From Escherichia phage B9-1, in sequence record OQ420740.1: a DNA stretch of 64,000 nt; one strand, given 5' to 3'. Below the pieces are notes generated by a model. That model did no database searches. It saw nothing but the letters and a program-made list of their open reading frames with translations, and had not been told where the DNA came from. Both the position numbers and the translations under genes were made by a program. Shown in pieces: positions 53,847-62,884 of this stretch (position 1 is the first letter of the stretch; every line of letters starts with the position of its first letter).

Positions 53847-54038
53847 ATGACAGCAGAAGAAGTTAAAAAAGTACTGGCAGTACTGCGCTACCATAATCAC
53901 AGAAAGGTAATAGATGATCCTGATTATGTAGATTCAAGCCTAGAAGAGGATACACTACAAGCTATCAGCCATATGCAAGAATTGTTTAAGCGTATGACAG
54001 AGAAGAACAGATCCGACTACATAGGCGAAAAAATATAA
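53847..54038 (+). CDS. hypothetical small protein
   Basis: 63 aa, SD AGGTGG. Confidence 0.45.
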   Translation: MTAEEVKKVLAVLRYHNHRKVIDDPDYVDSSLEEDTLQAISHMQELFKRMTEKNRSDYIGEKI

Positions 54039-54056
54039 TCCTTAAATACTATAAAG

Positions 54057-54083
54057 CAGGGCTTGCAACGGTCCTGTTTTTTG
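54057..54083 (+). terminator. putative rho-independent terminator
   Basis: Short hairpin CAGGGCTTGCAACGGTCCTG followed by TTTTTTG. Confidence 0.45.
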
Positions 54084-54118
54084 TTACACTTGTTTCACGG
54101 GTGGCACCTGGCGACGGG

Positions 54119-54134
54119 GGGAGACAATCACCGG
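54119..54134 (-). repeat. GC-rich conserved element, inverted copy 3
   Basis: GGGAGACAATCACCGG is the reverse complement of the core at 45365-45380; flank CCCCGTCGCCAGGTGCC resembles copy 2; sits just upstream of the promoter at 54167. Confidence 0.5.
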
Positions 54135-54166
54135 GCCTGCCTGTCATATAAAAACTATAAAAACCG

Positions 54167-54195
54167 TTGACACCTGCCAGGCGGTGGGGTAACAT
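54167..54195 (+). promoter_or_regulatory. sigma70-like promoter
   Basis: TTGACA, 17-bp spacer, TAACAT, then hairpin GGGCAAAAGTGCCC and leader AGAAGAGAGGAAAACGCCATG. Confidence 0.5.
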
Positions 54196-54249
54196 TTATC
54201 TTGAAGGGGCAAAAGTGCCCACACAACAACCAGAAGAGAGGAAAACGCC

Positions 54250-54522
54250 ATGTTAGGCTGGATTAACCAAGAAGTCGAATCACGTTTTAACGCTATTTGG
54301 GATCTCATCGAAAAAGAGGACGGAACATCAAGCCCTTATCTCAATAATCTTGAATTCCATTTCGTGGAAGCGATGAACGCAGAACATGATCACGAAGGTG
54401 GTGCGGACGAGTTCGCTAAAGGGTATGGCTTCAACAATGCCAACGAAATGATCGAGGCGGTTGTACTCCAGGCTGAGGAAGATTATCAATTAAAAACGCT
54501 TGAATTCTGCCGCCGTAAGTAA
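54250..54522 (+). CDS. hypothetical small acidic protein
   Basis: 90 aa. Confidence 0.5.
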   Translation: MLGWINQEVESRFNAIWDLIEKEDGTSSPYLNNLEFHFVEAMNAEHDHEGGADEFAKGYGFNNANEMIEAVVLQAEEDYQLKTLEFCRRK

Positions 54523-54584
54523 TAAGATAATGACACGGGCCAAAAGGCCCACTAAACCAGGACCACATAAAGAGGAAAAACATC

Positions 54585-54848
54585 ATGAAACGTCTGGATC
54601 AGCTCAAACTAGTTCAGTACATGGCTTACAAAATTCTTGAAGTCCAAAAAGGTAGCAAAAAAGAAGTTTGCGAGAAAGCTTACAAGATCTTTACTCGCAA
54701 AAAAGACGATTGGATGTTACGCCAGACTAAAAAGGCTGATATCTTGGGGTGCCTGGAAGAAGAGATCCGGCTTGAAGAACAAGAAGAGATCCGCCGTAGT
54801 GAGGCAGATTATCAGGCAGCTTGGGAAAACTGGATGAGCAACAAATAA
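54585..54848 (+). CDS. hypothetical small protein
   Basis: 87 aa, SD AAAGAGGAAA; the overlapping track ORF 54637..54837 in another frame is rejected. Confidence 0.5.
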   Translation: MKRLDQLKLVQYMAYKILEVQKGSKKEVCEKAYKIFTRKKDDWMLRQTKKADILGCLEEEIRLEEQEEIRRSEADYQAAWENWMSNK

Positions 54849-54914
54849 TACAACAAGCTACATGGTCAGGGGCAATAAAGCCCCTTGATCACATAAAAAT
54901 TATGCTATCCTTGG

Positions 54915-54943
54915 TTGACAGGGATCGGCAGTTTTGCTATATT
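54915..54943 (+). promoter_or_regulatory. sigma70-like promoter
   Basis: TTGACA, 17-bp spacer, TATATT, ~50 nt upstream of ATG 54993. Confidence 0.5.
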
Positions 54944-54992
54944 CTTTTTTGAAGGGAAGTTGTAAGAAAATTAACTAAGAGGTAAAAACACC

Positions 54993-55412
54993 ATGAACAT
55001 TAAATCTGATAATCCGGCATATAGCTTTGATAACGCTTTTTGTCACGGTCCGGCGGCGAAAGGATTCGAAATCGATGGTAAACTAGTTATTGTTAATGTT
55101 GACGGGGAAGAGGTTGCAGTATATCCGGTGGCAGACGTTAAAAGCCGTCTACAATGCCGCATGGATGTTACCGCCTACCAGCTTGATCCGGTCCGGGTAG
55201 TTGCCCTAGTCCTGGAAGAAGAAATTAAAGCAATGCACCACAGCAACAAGTTTATTGGTGACGCTCAAGATAATATGCAGGTATGCCGCCATAAAGTTAA
55301 TGAAGTACTTAAAGAGTACGGCTATAAGGATTTAATGATCAAGCGTGATGAAAAATTCCGTTACCGTAACGACCTGGCAAATCGGATTTTTGAAATATAC
55401 GAATCATTATAA
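54993..55412 (+). CDS. hypothetical protein
   Basis: 139 aa, SD TAAGAGG; last gene of the rightward array. Confidence 0.55.
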   Translation: MNIKSDNPAYSFDNAFCHGPAAKGFEIDGKLVIVNVDGEEVAVYPVADVKSRLQCRMDVTAYQLDPVRVVALVLEEEIKAMHHSNKFIGDAQDNMQVCRHKVNEVLKEYGYKDLMIKRDEKFRYRNDLANRIFEIYESL

Positions 55413-55430
55413 TTTCTTAACTGAATTATC

Positions 55431-55458
55431 AAGGGGCTTAAAGGCCCCTTTCTTTTTG
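55431..55458 (+). terminator. rho-independent terminator
   Basis: AGGGGCTTAAAGGCCCCT hairpin followed by TTCTTTTTG, 20 nt after the stop at 55412. Confidence 0.7.
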
Positions 55459-56074
55459 TCTGCTCTTCTCCTACCATAAACGGCCCTACCTGGCAAGTGG
55501 AATAATTGACTAGCCATCAATCCCACACACTGTACAAATATACATATAAAATAACTATTGCATAATCTTTCACTGTGTGGTAGCAGGGCCATTTTTACCC
55601 GTTTTCTCTCCCAAAAGTGCACGTAATGCCGCTATTGCACAAATTTTAACCTGATGCACATCTCCAATATCTTGTCAACAACTAAAAATCTTTATAAGTC
55701 ATACACTTACACAACATAGAAAGCGTGTCCTACGCGAAAAATCGAGTATAACTATAGCCGCCAGATCTCAGAATTCACGTACGAACACCATTCTATAGTC
55801 TGCAAAGTATTTATTCCAACCACAGAATAACGGAATAGTCAATACCTGCATAAAATAATTATTCGTGTAAACTGCATAACATAAATCAGCTCAGGTGTCA
55901 ACATTTTTCGTAAACAGTCCGAAATTATCACGATGAGTTATCATAAACAGAGAAATCTTTAGTCGTCTAATGTTTACTGTACATTACTATACTGACTGGA
56001 ATCATTAGATGACTAAGAGAAAGATAAGAAATAATTAATAATGTAATTGTTTTACCTGTAACAATAAGGCAACT

Positions 56075-56094
56075 ATGCAAACGAATGGCATGGC
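56075..56094. repeat. 20-bp direct repeat, copy 1
   Basis: ATGCAAACGAATGGCATGGC, identical copy 213 bp downstream. Confidence 0.6.
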
Positions 56095-56213
56095 GCGACG
56101 GAGTCGCGACATAATATAAAAGCAGTAACAATCACCCCCGTGATAGTTTTTCTGCAATCTATTACTCAGATCATAGTTGCCTTGTATTTAGTTAATCATG
56201 ACATAACAAGCAA

Positions 56214-56241
56214 GGCAACTATAGATCTTCTAATAGTTGCC
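56214..56241. repeat. 28-bp palindrome
   Basis: GGCAACTAT AGATCTTCTA ATAGTTGCC: perfect 9-bp inverted arms; the same arm sequence (AGGCAACTAT / ATAGTTGCCT) also occurs at ~56066 and ~56172. Confidence 0.55.
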
Positions 56242-56287
56242 CTGCTTTTATATTATGTCATAGATTGTTAGCTTGTTAATTGTTTTC

Positions 56288-56307
56288 ATGCAAACGAATG
56301 GCATGGC
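56288..56307. repeat. 20-bp direct repeat, copy 2
   Basis: ATGCAAACGAATGGCATGGC. Confidence 0.6.
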
Positions 56308-56333
56308 TTATCATCTCTGTGTAAACTGTTCAG

Positions 56334-56359
56334 GCGTAAACAGTCTATGCGTAAACAGT
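56334..56359. repeat. tandem 11-bp iterons (GCGTAAACAGT x2; third copy at 56653-56663)
   Basis: GCGTAAACAGT at 56334-56344 and 56349-56359, preceded by inverted partial TGTAAACTGTT; third copy at 56653. Confidence 0.55.
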
Positions 56360-57866
56360 GAGATATGGAATAGTAACAGCCGTTATTGTGTCATATTGTG
56401 TGACATTGTGTCCGGTGTCTGGTGTCCAGTGTGTCAGACAAGTTTTTCTCCTCTTTGTCAAGTGCTGCATGAAAAATTTACAAACTGGTATGGTAGCATT
56501 TTTGCGGCCCTGTTTACATTCAGGAATGTATGTATAATCCTTGTTGTGTGGGCGTTTAGACGTCTGGACGGTCAGAAGTCTGCAGGTCAATATCTAATCT
56601 ATTGGTTGCTAACTATATCCCACACAAATAGTAAGAAATATAATTGTTATATGCGTAAACAGTAACCCATGTTATCAATCCCTGCATGTATCGCCAGTGG
56701 TGCGCATAATGGGTATTATGTTAAATTGCCCGTAATGATAACCATTCTCACAATGATAGGTATTCTCATTCACTCCCACAAGATAGATTGCAAATGTTGT
56801 GCCACTGTGTGAACGGCCTGGCCTATTAATTTGCCTCACTGCCTCGATATTTGAGAATTATTATAAAAATGAGAAGTATTCCCATTCCGTCCGCCTGGCA
56901 GCACTCCTGTAGGACAGGCACAAAATCGGGGTATAACTGGACCTGTTCAGATATTTCTGGCTGACTCTTCAGGCCTGTGTGGGAAAAGCCAACCTCTCCG
57001 GCGGCGGGGAGGGGTCAATTAAAAAATTTACGTGGTGTATGAAGCGCTCTTCAGGTAAGGCAGGTATTATGGGATGAAACCCTCTTCAGATGATGATATT
57101 TGTGGGTGTGATATTTGCTGGAAAGCCAGATATGACGGGACTCCCGGCAGGGGTGGGGTAGTACAGACAGGGAAAATGTGGGAATGTGATGGAGTAAATT
57201 GATCAGGTAGGTAGGATATGGAATATGTTACAAGTATGTTAAATATGGAGGTAGGATATTTGTAAGATTTGTGTGTAAAATCAAATACTTAAGTGGTGTT
57301 GTGGTATTTTCTATAAATAATTCAAGTTTAATAGGTGATATTTGTCTCCATCCACTTTGTGTGGTAAACAGATTCTAATTGAATTGGTTTACAAGTGTAT
57401 ATAAAGTATACAAATTAAAGATATAAGAAACCCCCCTCCCCCTTCGGCTACCATTCACCTTTTCCTCTGACTGGTACTTAAACACTTATTCAGACTCTTC
57501 AGGTTATCACCCATATACTATATGGCAGTGACTGGTGTCCTCCGGCCCCTCTTTCGTCACCCGTCCGCTTCGCCATGCTAATGCCATAGCCAAATGTTCG
57601 GTTGTTCACCCTGTTCACTCAGGTGTATCTCCATACCCCTTCAAACCGAAGAGAACAGAAAACCCGAATTACTCGGTAAAAGAAAAGAGAAGAACTTAAT
57701 TTTATCAAGATAGGCAAGAATGTCAAGGGATGACTGCTCACTAAACAAGCAAACAGTCATGTGTGGTGGGTAAGTAACTGTGTTGGTAGGAAATTTAGTT
57801 GAAAGATGTTATAGGTGCCTCCAGAACCTTAGCTGGGCAGCTAAACCTGCAAAGCAGACTTGTGTG

Positions 57867-58082
57867 TCAGTCCAAAGGTTCATCTACTACTTCACTGAAA
57901 TCAATGGTCAGAGTCTCTTCCCAACCATCAATCTCAGCACCGGAGTAGAGATCTTTAGGGTCTACATCAAGGGCTTCCGCAACAGCATCTATATTTAACA
58001 CCTCTGGCAGGTATGATTCATCAAATTCAAGGTAAATCAGGCCACGAGTGTTGTCAGCCCCACCAAATATTTCTATTTTCAT
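57867..58082 (-). CDS. small acidic protein
   Basis: ATG 58082 with strong SD GAGGAG (track start 58148 is a GTG without SD); 71 aa, Asp/Glu-rich. Confidence 0.5.
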   Translation of the reverse strand: MKIEIFGGADNTRGLIYLEFDESYLPEVLNIDAVAEALDVDPKDLYSGAEIDGWEETLTIDFSEVVDEPLD

Positions 58083-58202
58083 GAAATCTCCTCTGGAAAT
58101 GAGAGTGTGAACGGGGTTTATACGTTCCAATACGATGGAATTATGCACGTTTGCCTCTTCAGGCCATGCTTTAGCATGATAAACTTATGTGGGCTCGGTG
58201 CT

Positions 58203-58388
58203 TCATAGTCTCCCACCTCTGAACTCTTCGTGCTCAGGCATAATAGAGAACCAGATGGCTATGATATCTTCCCACGTTAGGTCATCAGCCTCAGGATCCA
58301 CCTGGGACGGAGATAGAGAATCCTCAGAATTGAAGTTTTCCTCTGTCACCCCTTCAGATGTCTCTTTAGATGCATGTGTGTTGGTCAT
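58203..58388 (-). CDS. small acidic protein (uncertain)
   Basis: 61 aa ORF, Glu/Asp-rich like neighbours, weak SD. Confidence 0.35.
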   Translation of the reverse strand: MTNTHASKETSEGVTEENFNSEDSLSPSQVDPEADDLTWEDIIAIWFSIMPEHEEFRGGRL

Positions 58389-58656
58389 GTTCCACCCGTG
58401 AGTATTCCGGCAACATGTTTAAAAATAAGACTTTATCGACATATGGCTGGAACGTGTCGATGCTATAAGCATATTTCAGGAGCGGTAATGTGTCAACAGA
58501 AGCGCCGCGAGGGTTTGGTTAAAATCCGAGCGTATGGTGATTTGGGTCAAAACGGACGTGCGTTCTCGCTACGCTCGAAATAGAGAGTTGCTTGTAAGCC
58601 GCCCTTAAACGCTCTGTAATGAGATTAACTGCTTAAGGTATGGAATCGTTCACCGG

Positions 58657-58684
58657 ATAAAGAAAAGGACGCCACAGAGCGTCC
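58657..58684 (-). terminator. rho-independent terminator (minus strand)
   Basis: Minus-strand hairpin GGACGC...GCGTCC followed by TTTTCTTTAT, just downstream of 58710..59009. Confidence 0.55.
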
Positions 58685-58709
58685 TATGTGCCTTAAATTT
58701 GATACTTTG

Positions 58710-59009
58710 CTATACCCATGAAGGCTTGTCTAGGTTTGAGTAACTAAAAGGTGTCAAAAGGTGACTGTCAAAATCTTTCAAACTCTCCAGATCTTTTTCC
58801 TCGTCTTGACACCATCTGTGCCTACATTTATTGTTGTAGTGCATGGAGTGCATAGCGTTCTGCAACTTAACAGGTACAAGGGATTCAGGAGTAGATAGAA
58901 TTGTTGGGTATGCCAGGACTATCTCAAACAATGGAAACACATCGAAACTGAAGTCTATTTCTGCTGAGGTTGCTGGCATATAGGAGTATTTAGCTGTCGT
59001 TGTAGACAT
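58710..59009 (-). CDS. hypothetical protein
   Basis: ATG 59009 with SD GAGGTGG (track start 59021 is GTG); 99 aa. Confidence 0.5.
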   Translation of the reverse strand: MSTTTAKYSYMPATSAEIDFSFDVFPLFEIVLAYPTILSTPESLVPVKLQNAMHSMHYNNKCRHRWCQDEEKDLESLKDFDSHLLTPFSYSNLDKPSWV

Positions 59010-59017
59010 AATCCACC

Positions 59018-59344
59018 TCACACAGGCTTGATAATACCTTCACCGAATAACTCTTCATATTTAATCTTATCAGGATCCCACTCTTGGATAATTTCGAAGA
59101 CAATGTCCAGCCCGGGGATAATCACTTCTCCAGTATCAAGTCTGGCAAGAACAAAACCGGAAGGTTGAATGGTTTCCCAGTTGCGACGATTAGAATAGAG
59201 AACTTCGAAAATATCACCAACCGCAATCTGCTGATCAAGGTGCTCAAGATTCTCTTTCATATAAACGCAGCGTATTTTCCGTGCAGGCCACAGGCCCCCT
59301 ACATCACGTTCATTTAGCTCTTTTACAGTAATCGGCATTAGCAT
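59018..59344 (-). CDS. hypothetical protein
   Basis: 108 aa, SD AGGAGA. Confidence 0.55.
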   Translation of the reverse strand: MLMPITVKELNERDVGGLWPARKIRCVYMKENLEHLDQQIAVGDIFEVLYSNRRNWETIQPSGFVLARLDTGEVIIPGLDIVFEIIQEWDPDKIKYEELFGEGIIKPV

Positions 59345-59364
59345 CTCTGATCTCCTTCATAGAT

Positions 59365-59392
59365 AGTAAAAAGAGGGGCTTTGAGCCCCTCT
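59365..59392 (-). terminator. rho-independent terminator (minus strand)
   Basis: 9-bp stem AGAGGGGCT/AGCCCCTCT, loop TTG, followed on the minus strand by TTTTTACT; between 59399..59704 and 59018..59344. Confidence 0.65.
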
Positions 59393-59398
59393 TTGTCA

Positions 59399-59704
59399 TT
59401 ATTCTACAGAGCGTTTGAACAGAATGTCTGCTTCAGACATGTGCTCAACCTCCTCTTCGATTTTAGCTCGACGTTTTTCAGCTTCGTAGCGGATATCGAA
59501 CTCGGTAGCCACCAATGACTTGATAAACTTAGGAGAATACAAGTGATCCTGTTTCTCGACAAGAATAATATCCTTGATAGCGTCTTTCAGATCTTTAATC
59601 TGAAGCTGAAGTTCCACCAGCTCTTCAATTGTTTTACGGAGGCGATCACGCTCTGCAATGTCAGAAGGAAGAGAGGTGAACAGTTCAACTTTAGATTTAG
59701 CCAT
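59399..59704 (-). CDS. hypothetical coiled-coil protein
   Basis: 101 aa, SD AAGGAGA; Lys/Glu-rich heptad pattern. Confidence 0.55.
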   Translation of the reverse strand: MAKSKVELFTSLPSDIAERDRLRKTIEELVELQLQIKDLKDAIKDIILVEKQDHLYSPKFIKSLVATEFDIRYEAEKRRAKIEEEVEHMSEADILFKRSVE

Positions 59705-59732
59705 AGTAAGAGTCTCCTTATATTGTTTTAAA

Positions 59733-59984
59733 TTAACGTTCTACAAAAATACCGTTCAGTTCGATAACCAGGAATTTCTGGTCTTCACTATCGTCACGTG
59801 CCAGCACCTCACAGACGTAGCGGTCATCTCCGTCATCATCACAGTCAAATACAAGGCTAAGGACTTTATCATGATAAACCTTCGCCACAACTGCCTCGTA
59901 AGTATTGCCGATTGTGAATCCAAGATAATCCCCGATGCATTTGACAACAACATGGTCGCCAGCATTTAAGTCAATCTTCGTCAT
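59733..59984 (-). CDS. small acidic protein
   Basis: ATG 59984 with strong SD AAGGAG (track ORF extends to 60050 without SD); 83 aa. Confidence 0.5.
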   Translation of the reverse strand: MTKIDLNAGDHVVVKCIGDYLGFTIGNTYEAVVAKVYHDKVLSLVFDCDDDGDDRYVCEVLARDDSEDQKFLVIELNGIFVER

Positions 59985-60139
59985 TACTGTGCTCCTTGGG
60001 TGAGAATATGGTATGTAAAACTTTAACCAGAGATGTGAATAACGCCCCAAAACACACCGATAGCGCTAAAACAGATAAGGCCATCATTAAAGCTTCAGTA
60101 AAATCAGTCATTCCTCACCTCTTGTTAGTCACTATACTA

Positions 60140-60403
60140 TCATTTGTCTTTGCCGTCAAGAACTTTTTTAAATCTCTCAGGAATATCTCCTGTTCTTAGA
60201 TAGTTCATGACCTCACAAGGTTCCCACTTAAACTTCTTACACAGCAGGGCGGCTGAGATTGTCTCATTGCGAAAAGAAAGGATATTAATATCCCACTCTG
60301 AGAACCCTAATTTCCGAAGAGTGGCTATAGAAATCCTCACAGCAACCCAACAAGAGAGGCACGCAACAAACGCTACTGCTACAACCCACACCAAGATGTT
60401 CAT
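60140..60403 (-). CDS. small membrane-anchored protein
   Basis: ATG 60403 with SD AAGGGG (track start 60454 is TTG); N-terminal hydrophobic helix ILVWVVAVAFVACLSCWVAV. Confidence 0.45.
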   Translation of the reverse strand: MNILVWVVAVAFVACLSCWVAVRISIATLRKLGFSEWDINILSFRNETISAALLCKKFKWEPCEVMNYLRTGDIPERFKKVLDGKDK

Positions 60404-60491
60404 ACAGCCCCTTAATGAAATACAAGACATAGTGCCAAGGTCACTATCCAGCAAATAATTAACAGTGCCGTTGCAACCTTGGCAAGATTTA

Positions 60492-60779
60492 TCATAGCGT
60501 CTCTAAAATTTCATACCCTTCGGGTCGGAAAACAAGCCACTCAGGTGCTCCATTTGGTCGATACGCTTTATACAGAACAACCTGATCTCGGCACATACAC
60601 ATTGCTACATAGTTTTCATCCACACCTGCAGCCTGCATTGCATCTTCTTCTCCGGCAACCGCTTTGCTTACAACTTCCTTGGTAGGCAGGTGGGCGATCA
60701 GTTCGTCACCATCGTTAATTCCAAAATGGCTGAGTTCTCCATTGGTGTCTTTAATCTTGATCTTAATCAAATCTTTCAT
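60492..60779 (-). CDS. small acidic protein (leftward family)
   Basis: 95 aa; start overlaps upstream stop by 1 nt (TAATG). Confidence 0.55.
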   Translation of the reverse strand: MKDLIKIKIKDTNGELSHFGINDGDELIAHLPTKEVVSKAVAGEEDAMQAAGVDENYVAMCMCRDQVVLYKAYRPNGAPEWLVFRPEGYEILETL

Positions 60780-61108
60780 TAGTCTTCCCCCAAGTTCAAA
60801 GGCCCTAAGATCTCATATGCCAGATTAGAGGTTACCAGGGGATCTTCTGCATCTTTAGTATTATACCACCCGTGAATAACCAGAGTCCCACTTTGCTTCA
60901 TGTCTAACTGGAACTGTTCTGCCGTTTCCTCATCCATCTCCAAGATCTCCATGAGGTATTTGATGTTAGGAAGGTGTGCAGCTGTTACAGTCCCCTCTAC
61001 TAGGCCTTCAGGCCAACCTACATCCGGATGACAAGTAGGGACCAGAGAGGTCAGCTTGATAGTGTATGCTTTTTCTGCACGAGCCTTCAGTAACGGATCA
61101 ATTTTCAT
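60779..61108 (-). CDS. small acidic protein (leftward family)
   Basis: 109 aa; TAATG coupling on both sides. Confidence 0.55.
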   Translation of the reverse strand: MKIDPLLKARAEKAYTIKLTSLVPTCHPDVGWPEGLVEGTVTAAHLPNIKYLMEILEMDEETAEQFQLDMKQSGTLVIHGWYNTKDAEDPLVTSNLAYEILGPLNLGED

Positions 61109-61458
61109 TATTCTTCCTCCTCTTCGGTGCCTGCTTCCAGTAGTAAGTTAAGAACATCTTCAGCAGAAGGTTCGTAGAACTCTTGGCCTTCGTTGTCGAT
61201 GATGCTATAGTCATCACCACGAATAATCAGAGGATCGTCATCAAAACCTTCAAGACCTTTAACAACGACAACACGGTCGATTGCCATCATTGTAAGAACT
61301 TTATCGACATCTTCCTCTGCTACACCATACTGCAGCAGAATGTCTTTGGTAGGAGGAACAGCATCAACCACAACACCGTTACCAAAACCTTCCGGGAGTT
61401 TAGCTAAAATATCTTCCGGAACCGCATTCATATCAAAACCTGTGATCTCTACTTTCAT
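61108..61458 (-). CDS. small acidic protein (poly-Glu C-terminus)
   Basis: 116 aa ending EAGTEEEEE. Confidence 0.55.
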   Translation of the reverse strand: MKVEITGFDMNAVPEDILAKLPEGFGNGVVVDAVPPTKDILLQYGVAEEDVDKVLTMMAIDRVVVVKGLEGFDDDPLIIRGDDYSIIDNEGQEFYEPSAEDVLNLLLEAGTEEEEE

Positions 61459-61716
61459 TTACAGCACCTCTTCGTCAACTACTTCATAAAAATGGCTCGG
61501 GATTGCAATAGCGTTCTCACCTTCACCTACAAACACAGTCCCGTCAAGGATCAACATCATAAGAATGTCTGTAATATCCTCCTCCGGAACGTTGCCAAAA
61601 CCTTTAATCAACTTATATGTCGGGACATTCGCCTCTAGGATGTCGCCATCTTTAGAACGGAAATCAACACCTTCCTGAATCTCTGCCGTTTCAAGGTTTT
61701 TCAATTTAATCTTCAT
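61459..61716 (-). CDS. small acidic protein, paralog of 62885..63154
   Basis: ATG 61716 with SD AGGAGA; MKIKLKNLETAEIQEG...YEVVDEEVL parallels MKIKLFQTELADKNCG...YEVVEE. Confidence 0.55.
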   Translation of the reverse strand: MKIKLKNLETAEIQEGVDFRSKDGDILEANVPTYKLIKGFGNVPEEDITDILMMLILDGTVFVGEGENAIAIPSHFYEVVDEEVL

Positions 61717-61749
61717 CAATCAGTCTCCTAATCTTGTTAAGATGAAGGT

Positions 61750-61778
61750 ATTATTGCACACAGGGTTGGTGTTGTCAA
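61750..61778 (-). promoter_or_regulatory. sigma70-like promoter (minus strand)
   Basis: Minus strand TTGACA, 17-bp spacer, AATAAT, ~35 nt upstream of ATG 61716. Confidence 0.45.
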
Positions 61779-61796
61779 CACCTGTGTGGCATAAAA

Positions 61797-62192
61797 TTAC
61801 TGAAACAGTGCAGATAAATTACCTTCTGGTGGGAACTTATCTGCCAGGAATGGGGTTAGAACAGTGGCCTTCTGAATATCAGGAGTCCACTCATTGTTCA
61901 GAACATCCCAGTAGTACGCAATGTTACTGTGTGGGTGCCGCATTACGAACTTTTTCCCTTCGTAGTCAGTTGAAACCTCTACAGAAGAAATAACAACAGA
62001 ATCTTCAAGGGTTTCTTCATAGAAAGATCCACCCTCAAATTTCCAACGAGATGCAAGAGCTCCTGCCTTAAACGCTGCAGATAACGGATTGTCTGCAAGA
62101 ACATACATTTCTTGCACTCTATCACTGCGATCTTTGCTTCTTACGTTGTATACAGTATCTGAGCTATACTCAACACGGTATAGACTTACCAT
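61797..62192 (-). CDS. hypothetical protein
   Basis: 131 aa, strong SD GAGGAGG. Confidence 0.55.
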   Translation of the reverse strand: MVSLYRVEYSSDTVYNVRSKDRSDRVQEMYVLADNPLSAAFKAGALASRWKFEGGSFYEETLEDSVVISSVEVSTDYEGKKFVMRHPHSNIAYYWDVLNNEWTPDIQKATVLTPFLADKFPPEGNLSALFQ

Positions 62193-62524
62193 TACCGAAC
62201 CTCCTCAATAACTTCCACATCTGAACCCACCACAAATGCAAAAGGACAGGTTTCATGAAAGATATCCGGATCTCCACCGAGCTTGCTAACTATCTCTCCG
62301 CCACTAATAAACACAAGCTCACCAATATTCATCAGATTGCTAAAATAGTAGCCATAATGATTGAAGAATGCAGCTGGGTCAGGTAGACTGGTGGCCTCAA
62401 GCTCTACATTGCTTGAGATCACTTTCTTATCATACCCTCGCGCCTTTTGAGATGCAAGATCTGCAGAGTCTTCAGGAGACCGGAGATGCACAGGAATTGT
62501 TTCACCAATAAAGCGTACTTTCAT
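62192..62524 (-). CDS. small acidic protein
   Basis: 110 aa; TAATG coupling. Confidence 0.55.
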   Translation of the reverse strand: MKVRFIGETIPVHLRSPEDSADLASQKARGYDKKVISSNVELEATSLPDPAAFFNHYGYYFSNLMNIGELVFISGGEIVSKLGGDPDIFHETCPFAFVVGSDVEVIEEVR

Positions 62525-62528
62525 ATTC

Positions 62529-62792
62529 TCACCCTACAATCATGGCTTCAAAAGGTGTCATAAACGAATAAACAGCATCATCATCTGCTTCAGGGAATGC
62601 CCCCAAAGACTTCATGTCTGAGCCTTTGACAAATACAAGGTTTTGATCAAAAGCTTCTTGGGGATCAATCCGATACATATCTTGTAGGATACCGCTTACC
62701 TCCTCATCAAGAGGCGAGTATGCTGTGCACGTTTTTCCAATCAAGCTTTGAGAATCAGGGTATCCACCTGAAGTTTTAAAATAAACAATCAT
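62529..62792 (-). CDS. small acidic protein
   Basis: 87 aa ORF. Confidence 0.5.
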   Translation of the reverse strand: MIVYFKTSGGYPDSQSLIGKTCTAYSPLDEEVSGILQDMYRIDPQEAFDQNLVFVKGSDMKSLGAFPEADDDAVYSFMTPFEAMIVG

Positions 62793-62884
62793 ATAGTATC
62801 ACCTCTGGTAAGAGATGGGGATTCCTTTCCCACAAATAATTATAAACATTTCTTGTCGAGGAAAGTATTCCAACCCAAGCAGGA

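Noticed and set aside
54119-54134. GGGAGA-containing motif as a T7-like single-subunit RNA polymerase promoter
   Set aside because: No phage RNA polymerase gene is in the window, the flanks are GC-rich and unlike T7/T3/SP6 promoter consensus, and host-type sigma70 promoters are abundant instead.
54637-54837. Overlapping track ORF (66 aa, Lys/Arg-rich) in an alternative frame of 54585..54848
   Set aside because: Same strand and fully inside the neighbouring ORF, which has a canonical leader and SD; the embedded frame has none.
56273-56665. Track ORF of 130 aa on the + strand (and antisense 56345..56590)
   Set aside because: It starts at TTG without an SD and its Cys/Val/Asn-rich translation directly mirrors the GCGTAAACAGT and GGTGTCC repeats; treated as non-coding repeat region.
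55460-57860. tRNA genes in the large non-coding regions
   Set aside because: No cloverleaf-compatible segment with a GTTC-type T-loop and matching acceptor stem was found by eye in 44760-45650 or 55460-57860; a dedicated tRNA scan would be needed to exclude them.
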